From Macrostomum hystrix (lineage: Eukaryota > Animalia > Platyhelminthes): a stretch of 64,000 nucleotides of DNA. Location of the stretch: the NCBI GenBank assembly GCA_950097015.1, contig CATNEN010000038.1, positions 22,878,001 through 22,942,000 on the forward strand. Reading direction: 5' to 3'. The notes under the pieces are model-generated. The model had not been told where the DNA came from. It did not search any database and saw only the letters and a list, made by a program, of their open reading frames with translations. Every line of letters starts with the position of its first letter. The first letter of the stretch is position 1. This document shows positions 1 through 11,608 of this stretch, in pieces. The translations under genes and the position numbers were made by a program.

Positions 1-2
1 CC

Positions 3-3000
3 AGGGACGTCCAGGCTAGCCTCGCTCACGTTCCGTATGGTATCGCCAACTTACCTCCTGCCAGAGACGAAGAGGTACATCTCGACCTGCTCATCGGCAA
101 CGACTACGCCCAGCTGCTGATCGGACCCAGCATCGGCGCCATCCCGCTGCGGCCCAGGCTCACGGCCCACCTCACCCCGTTCGGCGCCATACTGAGCGGA
201 TCCCTCGGAGACGACGAGCATCACAGCGGCAACAGCCACCCTCGCGTCATCGGCAACACTCTGCTCTGTAATAGCCATCCGACGAACCTGGAACAGCTGG
301 TAGACCGGATGACCAGCCTTGAGATCCTTGGCCTGCAGAAGGATGTGGGGCGAGTAAACCTTCAGGATGACGCGCTCACCATCCGCCTTCTCGAGAGCGT
401 CACTCGCCAGCCAGATGGACGCTTCTCCGTCGCCCTGCCCTTCAAGCCTGAGGCAGAGCAGCTACCCACCAACTTCAGCCAAGCCTTTGGACGCGCTCAA
501 GCGACCCACCGCAGACTGACGCTGGCCCAACGCGAGCAATACTACGCAGAGTTCAAGAAGAGAAAAGAGGAAGGTGTTATTGAGATCGTGGACGGAGGCA
601 AGCCTGCAGGGTCCATAGTACACGTGCTCCCACACTTTCCAGTCGTCAAGGAGTCGTCCAACACCACCAAGATCCGGCCAGTAGTGGATGCTTCCGCTCC
701 CACATCACTTGGTGGCCGCTCCCTCAACGACCTGCTGGAAACCGGGCCTAACTTACTCACAAGCCTCCTGCAAGTGCAACTACGTCTACGCATCTTCCGG
801 TATGCCTGAATCAGTGACCTTCAGTCCGCCTTCTATCAAATCGCCGTCCACCCTAGCTGTCGTGACGCGCTCCGCATCATTCTGCCGAAAGACATCAGCA
901 AGCCACTGACCCAGGATAACTTCCAACTATGGCGGTTTACCAGAGTCGTGATGGGAGCCAGCCCGTCTCCATGGATCCTTCTCGCCATCATTCACAAGCT
1001 CTGTCTGGACGCCTCCCAACCCTGCAACTTCGGTCTCACAGACAATGAGGTGGAGTCGATTCCATCGGGCCTGTACGTGGACAACTTGGTGCAGGGCTAC
1101 GACGACAAAGGGACAGGCCCTCGCCTGATCAAGGGCCTTCGCTCGCTGTTCAAGTCTGCCGGATTTCATCTGCGGGAGTTCGCTGCCAATGACTCCGACG
1201 CTCTGAAGGAGCTCCCTGGGGAGGACCGAATCTCAAGTCCCTCCGTTCAGTGCCTTGGCATCTCCTGGGACGTTCAACAGGATACGCTGCACTTGAGCAA
1301 GCCGGAGATCCCTGCGGACAGCGCCCTCACCCGGTCCAGTCTCCTCAGCGCGATCTCGAAGCCTTACGACCCGTTCGGCTGCGCGGCTCCGCTTCTCCTC
1401 GCCGGACGCCTGCTCTACAATGCCGCCTTCGACTCAAGTGACCCGTGGGACAAGCCTGCTGACTCGGACACCATCAAAGCCTGGAGCAAACTCCGAGACG
1501 ACTTCATCCAGATTGACCGCATTGCCATACCACGTCGCTGCATCGAAGACCGTACCAAGCCCTGTCGTCTTGTCATCTTCAGCGACGGATCACCGCAAGC
1601 ATATGGCTTCGCCATCTACCTGCAACAGGAACTGAACGGCCGTACCATCTCCAACCTGATCCATGCCAAGGCCCGTCTCGTCCCGGCCAGGAAGAAGGGT
1701 ATGTACATCACTGTGCCACGCATCGAACTCTGGGCTGCGCTTATCGCCAACCGGACGGCCTCGATCGTCCGCGACATACTGACGCCGGCCGTCAACATTG
1801 TCGGTATCACGCACTACATCGATAGCCAAATCGTCCTGTACTGGCTTCAAAATGGCACCAAGCTTCGCCCCTACGAAGGCCGTCGGGTTCAAGAAATTCG
1901 GGACTTGGACCTCACCAGCGACCGCCGTTACGTGCCCACCAAGGAAAACCCGGCGGACTACTGCACCAAACCACTAGACCTGGCACACCTGCTCAGTTCC
2001 AACTTCCTCAAGGGGCCCAGCTTCCTCGAGCTCCCCTTTGATGCCTGGCCTTCTTGGACCCCGCCCGCTGTGGACGTCAGCCTCCTAAAAAACACGCCGT
2101 CGGCAACAGTCAAACACACCCAATCGAACAATCTTCTTGCCTTCGCCGCGAAAATCTCTATGACGCCGCCTGCAGGAATGGACATAACACGCTACGGCCG
2201 CCTGAGCACTTTGCTTGGTGCCACCGCCTACGTTATACGCTTCGCCACTCACAGCAAAGCCAAGGGAATCCCAAACACATCCGAGCGCGAAGCGGCTCTT
2301 CTCCTCTGGGTCAAGTACGTGCAGGAGCTTCACCATCCAAAGACACTAGCAGCCTTTCGTTCCAACAACCCAAAGGCGTGCAAGCTGATTCACCAGCTCG
2401 ACCTCTTCGAGGACCACGACGGTCTTCTCCGCCTCGGCTCTCGGATGGCCAACGCCACTCTCAGTGTGGACGCTCTTCACCCGTTCCTGCTTCCGCCAGA
2501 CAGCCGCCTCAGCCACCTGCTCATCCTACACATTCATCAGCAGGAAACGCACGCTGCGGCCTCGACTGTCCTTAGTCGTCTACGGGAGCGTTTCTGGGTT
2601 CCTCGCGGCCTCTCCACCGTTCGAGCGGCCCTTCGCCACTGTCTAGACTGCCGGAGCTCCAAGGCGCCTACACTCCCTCGACCACCTCACGGTCAGCTCC
2701 CGTCGGAACGCCTGGATTCAAGTCAACCTGCCTTCAGCTCCATTCTGGTGGATCAACTCGGACCCATCCATACGTTCGATTCCAAAACCCTCATCGTTGT
2801 CAAGCGCTGGGCCCTCGTGATCTGCTGCGCCGCAAGCCGAGCCGTCCACCTCGAGTACCTGTACGACTACTCTCCGCTGATGCGGTTCTCCACGCCTTCG
2901 AGCGCTTCTGGGCCAGACGCGGATTGACTGAAGGCACCATCTTCCTCGATCAGGCCACCGCCTTTCAAGCAGCTGCGCGAGTCGTCGATGGCCTCCTCGC

Positions 3001-3868
3001 ACCAGCCTTCCAGCACAAGCTCTATCAAGATCTTCAGCCATTCGCCGCCTTTAGAAAGCTGCGGTTCAGATTCGCTCCAGTTCGATCGCCATGGCACCAA
3101 GGAGCGGTGGAGCGTCTGGTTGGCCTCACGAAGGCGAGCTTGCGACCCGCCCTCTGGCGGCGACGGATTACCGATGACGAGCTACGGACGCTGCTGTGCA
3201 AAGTGGAGGCCGTCCTCAACTCGCGCCCGTTGACGGCCCTCAGCAGCGACCCCAAGGACCCAAGGCCTTTGACTCCCGCCGACATCGTTGCCCCCAGCCC
3301 TCGGCTAGATCTTCCAGCCTCAACCGACCACTTTATCCCGGCTCCCGGACAGCCACCTGCGGAGTGGCTCCGCGCGCTCTACCGCCGTCGGGAGCAGATC
3401 ATCGACAGCTTCTGGGAGAGGTGGCGCCGCGAATACATTCAGCACCTGCGGTCCACCCACCTGCAAGAGCGGCGGCGAACTGGCTGCGCCCCCGAAGGGC
3501 CTCGCGTCGGACAGCTCATGCTGCTGGCCGACACCACGCCGCGCTCTTGCTGGAAGACCTGCCGCGTCCTGGCCGTGCATCCCGACTCCGCTGGTGTTGT
3601 CCGCTACGTTACAGTTATCACCAGCACGGGTCACGAATCTCAGCGTGCCATCAGCCACCTCGTACCGCTGGAGGCTGATATGGCGCCTACATGTACATCA
3701 GAGAATGACGGGGCCGGCTCGAAAGACCAGCAGCCGCTTACACCGCCGCATGTACGTGACAACACCATGAGCACTGTGGGTGCCACAGCCCCGACGATGG
3801 CATCAGCTCGTGAACTGCGTGCTCAGCGGCGACAACAAGTGCGGGACGCACTGTTCAACATCGCGTGA
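3..3868 (+). pseudogene. BEL/Pao pol polyprotein with an in-frame TGA (807-809) and a frameshift (~2870)
   Basis: Motifs: DLLIGND...TPFGAILSG (protease region); HFPVVKESSNTTKIRPVVDAS...SLNDLLETGPNL and YVDN (RT); FSDGS..AYG, PRIEL, DSQIVLYW, ENPAD (RNase H); HHCC finger, DQLGP, LDQAT, GAVERLVG (integrase); FWERWRREY. The frame resumes after the TGA as ISDLQSAFYQI, and the integrase switches frame at TACTCTCCGCTGAT. Confidence 0.9.
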
Positions 3869-4289
3869 CTTCCTTGACTAGCACATAGCAGTTGAACTTA
3901 CAACAATTCCGGACAATTGTCTTACTGTCTAATCAATGTTAGTTGATCCACATCAACAATTCTGTTCATCGCTCCGCCCCCAGCCCCTGTCGAATTCCCG
4001 AATCCTCCAACTGTTAATCGTTCTGCCCACCAGCCTGTCGGATTCCCGAATCCTCCATATGCTATTACAAAGTACGCAATCTTCATATATTCATATATAT
4101 TCATTTGCATTAGTCTGCCCCAATTCTCGTTCACTACGTTTGAACCATAGACAAACTCCAAGCTTCCACTGTACTCTATAACTCGTATTATCAATAAAGC
4201 AAGCGCGGGGCTTTGCCCCAAAGGAGAAACTTTCTACCTTACCACAGCGGCAGCAGCATATCCGTTTATATTATTGTCACTGCCTGACA
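3850..4289 (+). repeat. Putative 3' LTR of the BEL/Pao element (left boundary uncertain)
   Basis: Non-coding stretch after pol with a polyA signal and a CA end. The partner LTR is not in the window, so the boundaries cannot be confirmed. Confidence 0.4.
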
Positions 4290-4290
4290 A

Positions 4291-5290
4291 TAGTAGTGCA
4301 GCTTCAGGTGAGGTAGTAGTGTAGCTTCAGGTGAGGTAGTAGTGGAGCTTCAGGCGAGGTACTAGTAGAGCTTCAGGTGAGGTAGTGGAGCTTCAGTTGG
4401 GGTACTAGTAGAGCTTCAGGTGAGGTAGTGGAGCTTCAGTTGGGGTACTAGTAGAGCTTCATGTGAGGTAGTGGAGCTTCAGTTGGGGTACTAGTAGAGC
4501 TTCAGGTGAGGTAGTGGAGCTTCAGTTGGGGTACTAGTAGAGCTTCAGGTGAGGTAGTGGAGCTTCAGTTGGGGTACTAGTAGAGCTTCAGGTGAGGTAG
4601 TGGAGCTTCAGTTGGGGTACTAGTAGAGCTTCATGTGAGGTAGTGGAGCTTCAGTTGGGGTACTAGTAGAGCTTCAGGTGAGGTAGTGGAGCTTCAGTTG
4701 GGGTACTAGTAGAGCTTCAGGTGAGGTAGTGGAGCTTCAGTTGGGGTACTAGTAGAGCTTCAGGTGAGGTAGTGGAGCTTCAGTTGGGGTACTAGTAGAG
4801 CTTCAGGTGAGGTAGTGGAGCTTCAGTTGGGGTACTAGTAGAGCTTCAGGTGAGGTAGTGGAGCTTCAGTTGGGGTACTAGTAGAGCTTCATGTGAGGTA
4901 GTGGAGCTTCAGTTGGGGTACTAGTAGAGCTTCAGGTGAGGTAGTGGAGCTTCAGTTGGGGTACTAGTAGAGCTTCAGGTGAGGTAGTGGAGCTTCAGTT
5001 GGGGTACTAGTAGAGCTTCAGGTGAGGTAGTGGAGCTTCAGTTGGGGTACTAGTAGAGCTTCATGTGAGGTAGTGGAGCTTCAGTTGGGGTACTAGTAGA
5101 GCTTCAGGTGAGGTAGTGGAGCTTCAGTTGGGGTACTAGTAGAGCTTCATGTGAGGTAGTGGAGCTTCAGTTGGGGTACTAGTAGAGCTTCAGGTGAGGC
5201 AGTGTAGCTTCAGTTGGGGTACTAGTAGAGCTTCATGTGAGGTAGTGGAGCTTCAGTTGGGGTACTAGTAGAGCTTCAGGTGAGGTGCAG
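4291..5290. repeat. 43-bp minisatellite (20+23-bp subunits)
   Basis: Tandem GAGCTTCAGGTGAGGTAGTG-GAGCTTCAGTTGGGGTACTAGTA. Confidence 0.95.
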
Positions 5291-5667
5291 TTTAGAGTGC
5301 TTACTAAATTTTTCTTTTTATTTCTCGTTCGAAGTTTTTATTATATTCAGATGCATTCGATTACGAAATTTAGAAGCTAAAATTTTTGTCTTCTACTTTA
5401 AAAATAATATTTTTTCTAGAATTCTAATATCCTTTTGCAAATTCGTTAGTAAAATCTTTCTCTATTCGTGTGCTTATGTATGCGTCTGTCTGTCTGTATC
5501 GAAATCTGACACCATGCTTAATCCCTATACGCAGCGCACGTTGTTCTGGATTTGATGGAACGCGTTAGACAATATACAGTGTAGAGTAGATAGCAGATTA
5601 AAGTATTCTAGTATATTGTGGGTTATATTTGAGTTGTTCATATATAAGCTGTTTTAGTTGATTAGAC

Positions 5668-5669
<2 letters not shown>

Positions 5670-5702
<33 letters not shown>

Positions 5703-6012
5703 AGACCCGCAGCCAGCAAGAAAGCAATTATTTGCCCATTCCGCTGACTCATGAGCACACACGCACACAGATACCGTACGCAGGCACACACTCACACAGG
5801 TGTGTACATCTGCCCTGACTTTCTCATCGTCAGGCAGTGTACACTCTCACTGTGCCTTGGAGGTTGGCCGTCAAGTGCTTAAATTGCACCACAAGCCCCC
5901 AAGCCTTCTCTCCGAGGCTGCGCCCCAAATGAATGTGGCCTCGCCATGGAATCGAACTTAGGAACCTTGGTGCGAGAGGCAAATGCGTTAACCGCTCTGC
6001 CACCGACCCCCC
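5670..6012 (-). mobile_element. tRNA-derived SINE, family 1, copy A
   Basis: Minus-strand head GGGGGTCGG-TGGCAGAGCGG (A box)...GTTCGATTCC (B box), a body shared with three other copies in the window, and a (TTA)n tail. Confidence 0.85.
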
Positions 6013-6794
6013 TGAGACTAGTAGATAGCAAATTAGACTCTATATGATTGTATATTACATTGTAGAGTAGATGTTAGGTAGAACTGTACAGTGGATGGCA
6101 GATTTAGCCGTCAGTTTTTTTTTTTAAAACTTCAATGGCCAAAATATTATTCGTAAAATAAAAATGTCGCTTCAATGCGCCTTTCTAGCATTTTAATAGC
6201 TATAATATTGTACGACCATGCTGCTAAGAGCTGTAAGCTGACCCGTTAAGGAGGATAGAATATAATCAATAATCAAACCGCGAAGTTTAAACTTTCTCGC
6301 CTTAAGAAACTTTTCCTGTCTAGTGTCGCTTGATTGAGTATCTGTGTCTCTGTATCTGCCCCATCCACTATATGTATTTGTGTCGCTGTGTGCTTGTGTT
6401 TATCGATGCGAATCCTGTACACTTATAACTAGACTCGTACTCACCCGACTCGCTTAAAAAGGTTTTTTTGCTTTTTAGCTTTTTTGCCTTTTATCTAGTT
6501 CTTCGGAATATATGAGGAAAGACTTGTCGGTTAAGTTATTTTTGTCGCTTTGTTGTTACATTTTTTTGCCATCACCAGCTGCACGATTTCTGAAATTTGT
6601 GTCTCATCATAACAGTAACTTGAAGACTTATGACCTTAATTAATGACCGTAATCATAGGAACCGAATTCCCGAATTTATTTCGTAATTGATTTCGCTCAT
6701 ACAATTATATACTTAATTTTAAGCTAAGTCATTATCGGTTATTCGCCACCATTCACGACCATAATCTACGATTCATGACCATCATAGGTCCTGA

Positions 6795-7170
6795 TTTATG
6801 ACCCATGGCACTCATATGTCATGATCTATGACCCATGACACTCAAAAGGCATGATCTATGACCCATGACCCTCATAAGTCATAATCTGTGACCCATGACC
6901 CTTAAAAACACAATATATGACTCATGACCCTCATAAGTCATAATCTGTGACCCATGACCCTTAAAACACAAATCTATGACTCATGACCCTCCTATGTCAT
7001 AATCTGTGACCCATGACCCTTAAAACACAATCTATGACTCATGACCCTCATAAGTCATAATCTGTGACCCATGACCCTTAAAACACAAATCTATGACTCA
7101 TGACCCTCATAAGTCATAATCTGTGACCCATGACCCTTAAAACACAAATCTATGACTCATGACCCTCATA
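6795..7170. repeat. ~59-bp minisatellite
   Basis: Tandem ATGACTCATGACCCTCATAAGTCATAATCTGTGACCCATGACCCTTAAAACACAAATCT variants. Confidence 0.85.
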
Positions 7171-7284
7171 TATCATGGTGAGGGTCGTAACCAATGACAC
7201 ATGACTTATGAAGCTTCTAATATGAACTTTATTCGCATTATGAACATTATGAACATTAAATGATCTCGATATCAACCCACCCAG

Positions 7285-8012
7285 GCATGACCAACGCCGA
7301 GATACTAGCCGCTCTGCCTCGAGTCCTAGCTGCCCCCGACAAGCTAGCCAAACTGGGCCTTCAACGCCTGCTAGACGACGGTCCCCTGCCACCAGACGAC
7401 CTCTTAGTTGCCGTACACGAAGCTGAATTTTCACCGCCAGTCCAACTGCGCCAATGCCTTCTGGCTAGTCAATTGATCTTCGCTTCCACCACGCCGGCGC
7501 TGAGCCAGGAATCCCTGGCCTCGGCCCTCAGGCGCCTGACTAATCCTAATAATCATCGACTGCCGACTCTACTATTTCGCAGCATGATGCAGGCTCATTC
7601 AATGTTTCCCAGGCTAACTAGTACAATACTGCCAATGCTAGCCGGCTTGGCTAGCCATCCGGCTATTCAGAAAGACTCGCCGGCTCTATTGGAAGGCTTC
7701 GTTCGCTGCTGCGCCAGACTGAAACCGGCTGGGTACAGTGTACTAATCACCGGTTTACCGGCCGAAAAACTGGCCGAAGCTTTTCGAATTCTGCCAGATT
7801 TAAAATCCGCTTTGGCGCGTCACGCCGCTAATTTGGCGCCACAGCAGCGCTCGGCTGTGTCGCCAGCTGTCATTGCTCTGCTAGCCCAGCAGCAGCAACA
7901 GCAGCAACAGCAGCAGCAACAGCTAAGACAGATTAATGTGGATGAGATCCCGGCCGCTCCGGTGTCTGATAAATTAGCGGCCGATCGAGAGCGCCTAAGG
8001 GCTAAAGTTTAA
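7285..8012 (+). CDS. SYMPK: Symplekin, last coding exon (C-terminal domain)
   Basis: Acceptor CCCACCCAG|G at 7284. EILAALPRV, LLVAVH, LPTLLFRSMMQAHSMFPRL, EGFVRCCARLKP and LPAEKL match the symplekin C-terminal domain as recalled. A polyQ tract lies near the end. Upstream exons are outside the window. Confidence 0.88.
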
Positions 8013-8087
8013 ATTATTTGTTACAATTTTTGAAGCTCTAAAAATTCTACAATATTTGTTGCTGTGTGAAATTTAAATCCTAAACAT

Positions 8088-8277
8088 ATTAGAAATCGTA
8101 GCTAGAAGCAGCAGGAATCGTAGCTAGAAACACTCCAGGAATCGTAGCTAGAAACATGCTAGGAATCGTAGCTAGAATCATGCTAGGAATCGTAGCTAGA
8201 ATCACGCTAGGAATCGTAGCTAGAATCATGCTAGGAATCGTAGCTAGAATCATGCTAGGAATCGTAGCTAGAATCAT
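8088..8277. repeat. 24-bp minisatellite (GGAATCGTAGCTAGAATCATGCTA family)
   Basis: Same unit family as 21368-21643 and, inverted, 21985-22805. Confidence 0.9.
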
Positions 8278-8395
8278 TTCAGAAAAGCTTCAGACTTCTA
8301 AAATATTTGTTGCTGTTGTTGTTGTTCATTATTATTTTCAAACCTAACAAGAAAGCATCGTAATCTGTGGCTATTATTGCGCGCCGCTACGAACG

Positions 8396-8480
8396 TACAG
8401 CTGTTCAGTCCATGGACTGGTTGGCCGCCTCACATTCTTCATGGACCTAGGATTCGAACTCCCAATGCTCTAACCACTGC
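8396..8480 (-). mobile_element. SINE family 2 remnant
   Basis: Minus-strand GTTCGAATCC B box plus the CAGTCCATGGACTGAACAGCTGTAC motif shared with 37927-38072. Confidence 0.45.
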
Positions 8481-9199
8481 TCATACGGAGTCGCTGAATG
8501 CCTAGCAATTTCTACCCCCACCAAACCCAAGCTAACCACGTGACTTGTCGCAGCCAATCAGAGTTCTGAACCTATTGAGGTACAGTGCTTGATTTTTCTA
8601 TTGCGCTTATCATGATTTTCGCTGTATTTAGTATTCTGTGTGTTGTTTTTATTACTAATTATCTCTAATAATTTAGAAACGTATCCTTTGGTGTGTCTCT
8701 TAAAAGTACAATAAGAAACTGTATTTCTTTGTAATATTTTGTACTACTAATTAAGTAATAAGTTACCCGCTTGTGTAATTACTATTCTTAAAAAATATAA
8801 TTTCAATTTTTTACGTTAACTTATTATGAATTCTAACAGAAAAATTTATATATTCCTAAACCCTTAGTTATACTAAATGTTGTATTAAAATTAAGTTTTT
8901 ACTTACCAAAACGTATACAGTACTGTTTTCCGACGTTTTTTACGTTGCGAGCTCATATTTTTGTTTCCTTGAAAAATATAATAAAAGTACATTTGCATCA
9001 TCCGATTATGCATTACATTTAAACATCCGCATTCGAAAATCAGCCCCGGTTTTCTGTGAAATATTAAACTTGTTTCAAAGGTGTCTTACCCTTTGTGCAA
9101 TAAAAATTGCTATCGAAATGATCAATCCGTTTTATTAACTTCATTGTTCCATTGACTTAACGCAACCTCAAAGTGTTATCCCAAATCATCATAGTCTGA

Positions 9200-10147
9200 G
9201 ACACCATCATCCCACATCCTCAGAGCTTGAGTCACAGTGATCCCACATCCTCAAATTTAAGACACCTTCATCCCACATCCTCAAATTTAAGACACCATCA
9301 TCCCACATCCTCAAATTTAAGACACCATCCCACATCCTCAGATTTAAGACACCATCCCACATCCTCAAATTCAAGACACCATCCCACATCCTCAGATTTA
9401 AGACACCATCCCACATCCTCAAATTCAAGACACCATCCCACATCCTCAGATTTAAGACACCATCCCACATCCTCAAATTCAAGACACCATCCCACATCCT
9501 CAGATTTAAGACACCATCCCACATCCTCAAATTCAAGACACCATCCCACATCCTCAGATTTAAGACACCATCCCACATCCTCAAAGTCAAGACACCATCC
9601 CACATCCTCAGATTTAAGACACCATCCCACATCCTCAAATTCAAGACACCATCCCACTTCCTCAAAGTCAAGACACCATCCCACATCCTCAGATTTAAGA
9701 CACCATCATCCCACATCCTCAAATTTAAGACACCGTCATCCCACATCCTCAGATTTAAGACACCGTCATTCCACATCCTCAAATTTAAGACAACATCATC
9801 CCACATCCTCAAATTTAAGACAACACCATCCCACATCCTCAAATTTAAGACACCATCCCACATCATAAAATTTAGGACACCATCCCACATCCTCAAATTC
9901 AAGACACCATCCCACATCCTCAAATTTAAGATACCGTCATCCCACATCCTCAGATTTACGACACCATCATCCCACATCCTCAAATTTAAGACACCGTCAT
10001 CCCACATCCTCAGATTTAAGACACCGTCATCCCACATCCTCAGATTTAAGACACCATCATCCCACATCCTCAAATTTAAGACACCGTCATCCCACATCCT
10101 CAGATTTAAGACATCATCATCCCACATCCTCAAATTTAAGACACCAT
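9200..10147. repeat. 27/30-bp minisatellite
   Basis: Tandem CATCCCACATCCTCAAATTTAAGACAC(CAT). Confidence 0.95.
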
Positions 10148-10562
10148 TGTAATTTCTTGCCTAAAACTTCGCTGCTCATTTAAAGGCACTTACGCGCCTT
10201 TGAAAATTCATGACCTGTGAATTTCAGTGCTAACTACTGTATTGAACTCTGTGTGAGTGAGTGCGCGTATTTATAAAATTCTTAAGGCAACAGCAAACCT
10301 GTTTAGTCTTGAACTTTATATGCGAGTTGCCAAATCATGTACTCTTAAAGTTAAAGGCATTTATTCATTCCGCTATCAGCAGTACCACAAGCCTGTGCTC
10401 ATTTGTCAGTTTCATTTGAGCGTGTCTAACTTACATACCAGCAAATGGCAATTTATGCTACAGATAAGCTAAAATCCGCTAAACACACTTGTTGTGAGAC
10501 AGCTATAAGTGCGATTAATCATGGCTTTGGTTGGGCCAATTCGGTATTTGCTACTAGAATGA

Positions 10563-11608
10563 GTTCTGAGTGTGCCTGTTAATCCCAGTCTCATTCTGAG
10601 TGTGCCTGTTAATCCCAGTCTCATTCTGAGTGTGCCTGTTAATCCCAGTCTCATCCTGAGTGTGACTGTTAATCCCAGTCTCATTCTGAGTGTGACTGTT
10701 AATCCCAGTCTGATTCTGAGTGTGCCTGTTAATCCCAGTCTGATTCTGAGTGTGCCTGTTAATCCCAGTCTCATCCTGAGTGTGCCTGTTAATCCCAGTC
10801 TCATTCTGAGTGTGCCTGTCAATCCCAGTCTGATTCTGAGTGTGCCTGTTAATCCCAGTCTGATTCTGAGTGTGCCTGTTAATCCCAATCTCATCCTGAG
10901 TGTGCCAGTTAATCCCAGTCTTATTCTGAGTGTGCCAGTTAATCCCAGTCTTATTCTGAGTGTGCCAGTTAATCCCAGTCTCATCCTGAGTGTGCCTGTT
11001 AATCCCAGTCTCATCCTGAGTGTGCCTGTTAATCCCAGTCTCATCCTGAGTGTGCCTGTTAATCCCAGTCTGATTCTGAGTGTGCCTGTTAATCCCAGTC
11101 TCATTCTGAGTGTGCCTGTTAATCCCAGTCTCATTCTGAGTGTGCCTGTTAATCCCAGTCTCATCCTGAGTGTGCCTGTTAATCCCAGTCTCATCCTGAG
11201 TGTGCCTGTTAATCCCAGTCTCATTCTGAGTGTGCCTGTTAATCCCAGTCTCATCCTGAGTGTGCCTGTTAATCCCAGTCTCATCCTGAGTGTGCCTGTT
11301 AATCCCAGTCTCATCCTGAGTGTGCCTGTTAATCCCAGTCTCATCCTGAGTGTGCCTGTTAATCCCAGTCTCATTCTGAGTGTGCCTGTTAATCCCAATC
11401 TTATTCTGAGTGTGCCTGTTAATCCCAGTCTCATCCTGAGTGTGCCTGTTAATCCCAGTCTCATCCTGAGTGTGCCTGTTAATCCCAATCTCATCCTGAG
11501 TGTGCCTGTTAATCCCAGTCTCATCCTGAGTGTGCCTGTTAATCCCAGTCTCATTCTGAGTGTGCCTGTTAATCCCAGTCTCATTCTGAGTGTGCCTGTT
11601 AATCCCAG
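10563..11608. repeat. 30-bp minisatellite, left part (interrupted by the LTR element)
   Basis: Tandem TCATTCTGAGTGTGCCTGTTAATCCCAGTC; the array resumes at 20602. Confidence 0.97.

Larger units (their letters stand above)
1..4289 (+). mobile_element. BEL/Pao LTR retrotransposon, 3' part (5' end lies outside the window)
   Basis: Pao-type pol domains in the order protease-RT-RNase H-integrase-DUF5641. These are followed by an AT-richer putative 3' LTR with AATAAA near 4194 that ends at ...TGACA (4289), directly against a minisatellite. Confidence 0.93.

Noticed and set aside
807-809. TGA in the Pao RT as programmed readthrough or selenocysteine
   Set aside because: It lies inside the RT domain, and a separate frameshift breaks the integrase; simple mutation or sequence error is more parsimonious.
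4305-4345. TGAGGTAGTAG matches the 5' end of let-7
   Set aside because: It is part of a minisatellite unit; the rest of let-7 and a precursor hairpin are absent.
5810-5840. Hammerhead-like CTGACGA...GAAA..GTC in SINE family 1 (compare Schistosoma Sm-alpha)
   Set aside because: There is no room for stems II and III, CTGAC pairs with GTCAG in a simple hairpin, and copy D loses GAAA while keeping the pairing.
5940-6012. SINE heads (also 37927, 52567 and ~54600) as functional tRNA genes
   Set aside because: The cloverleaves are imperfect, and each continues into a shared repeat body.
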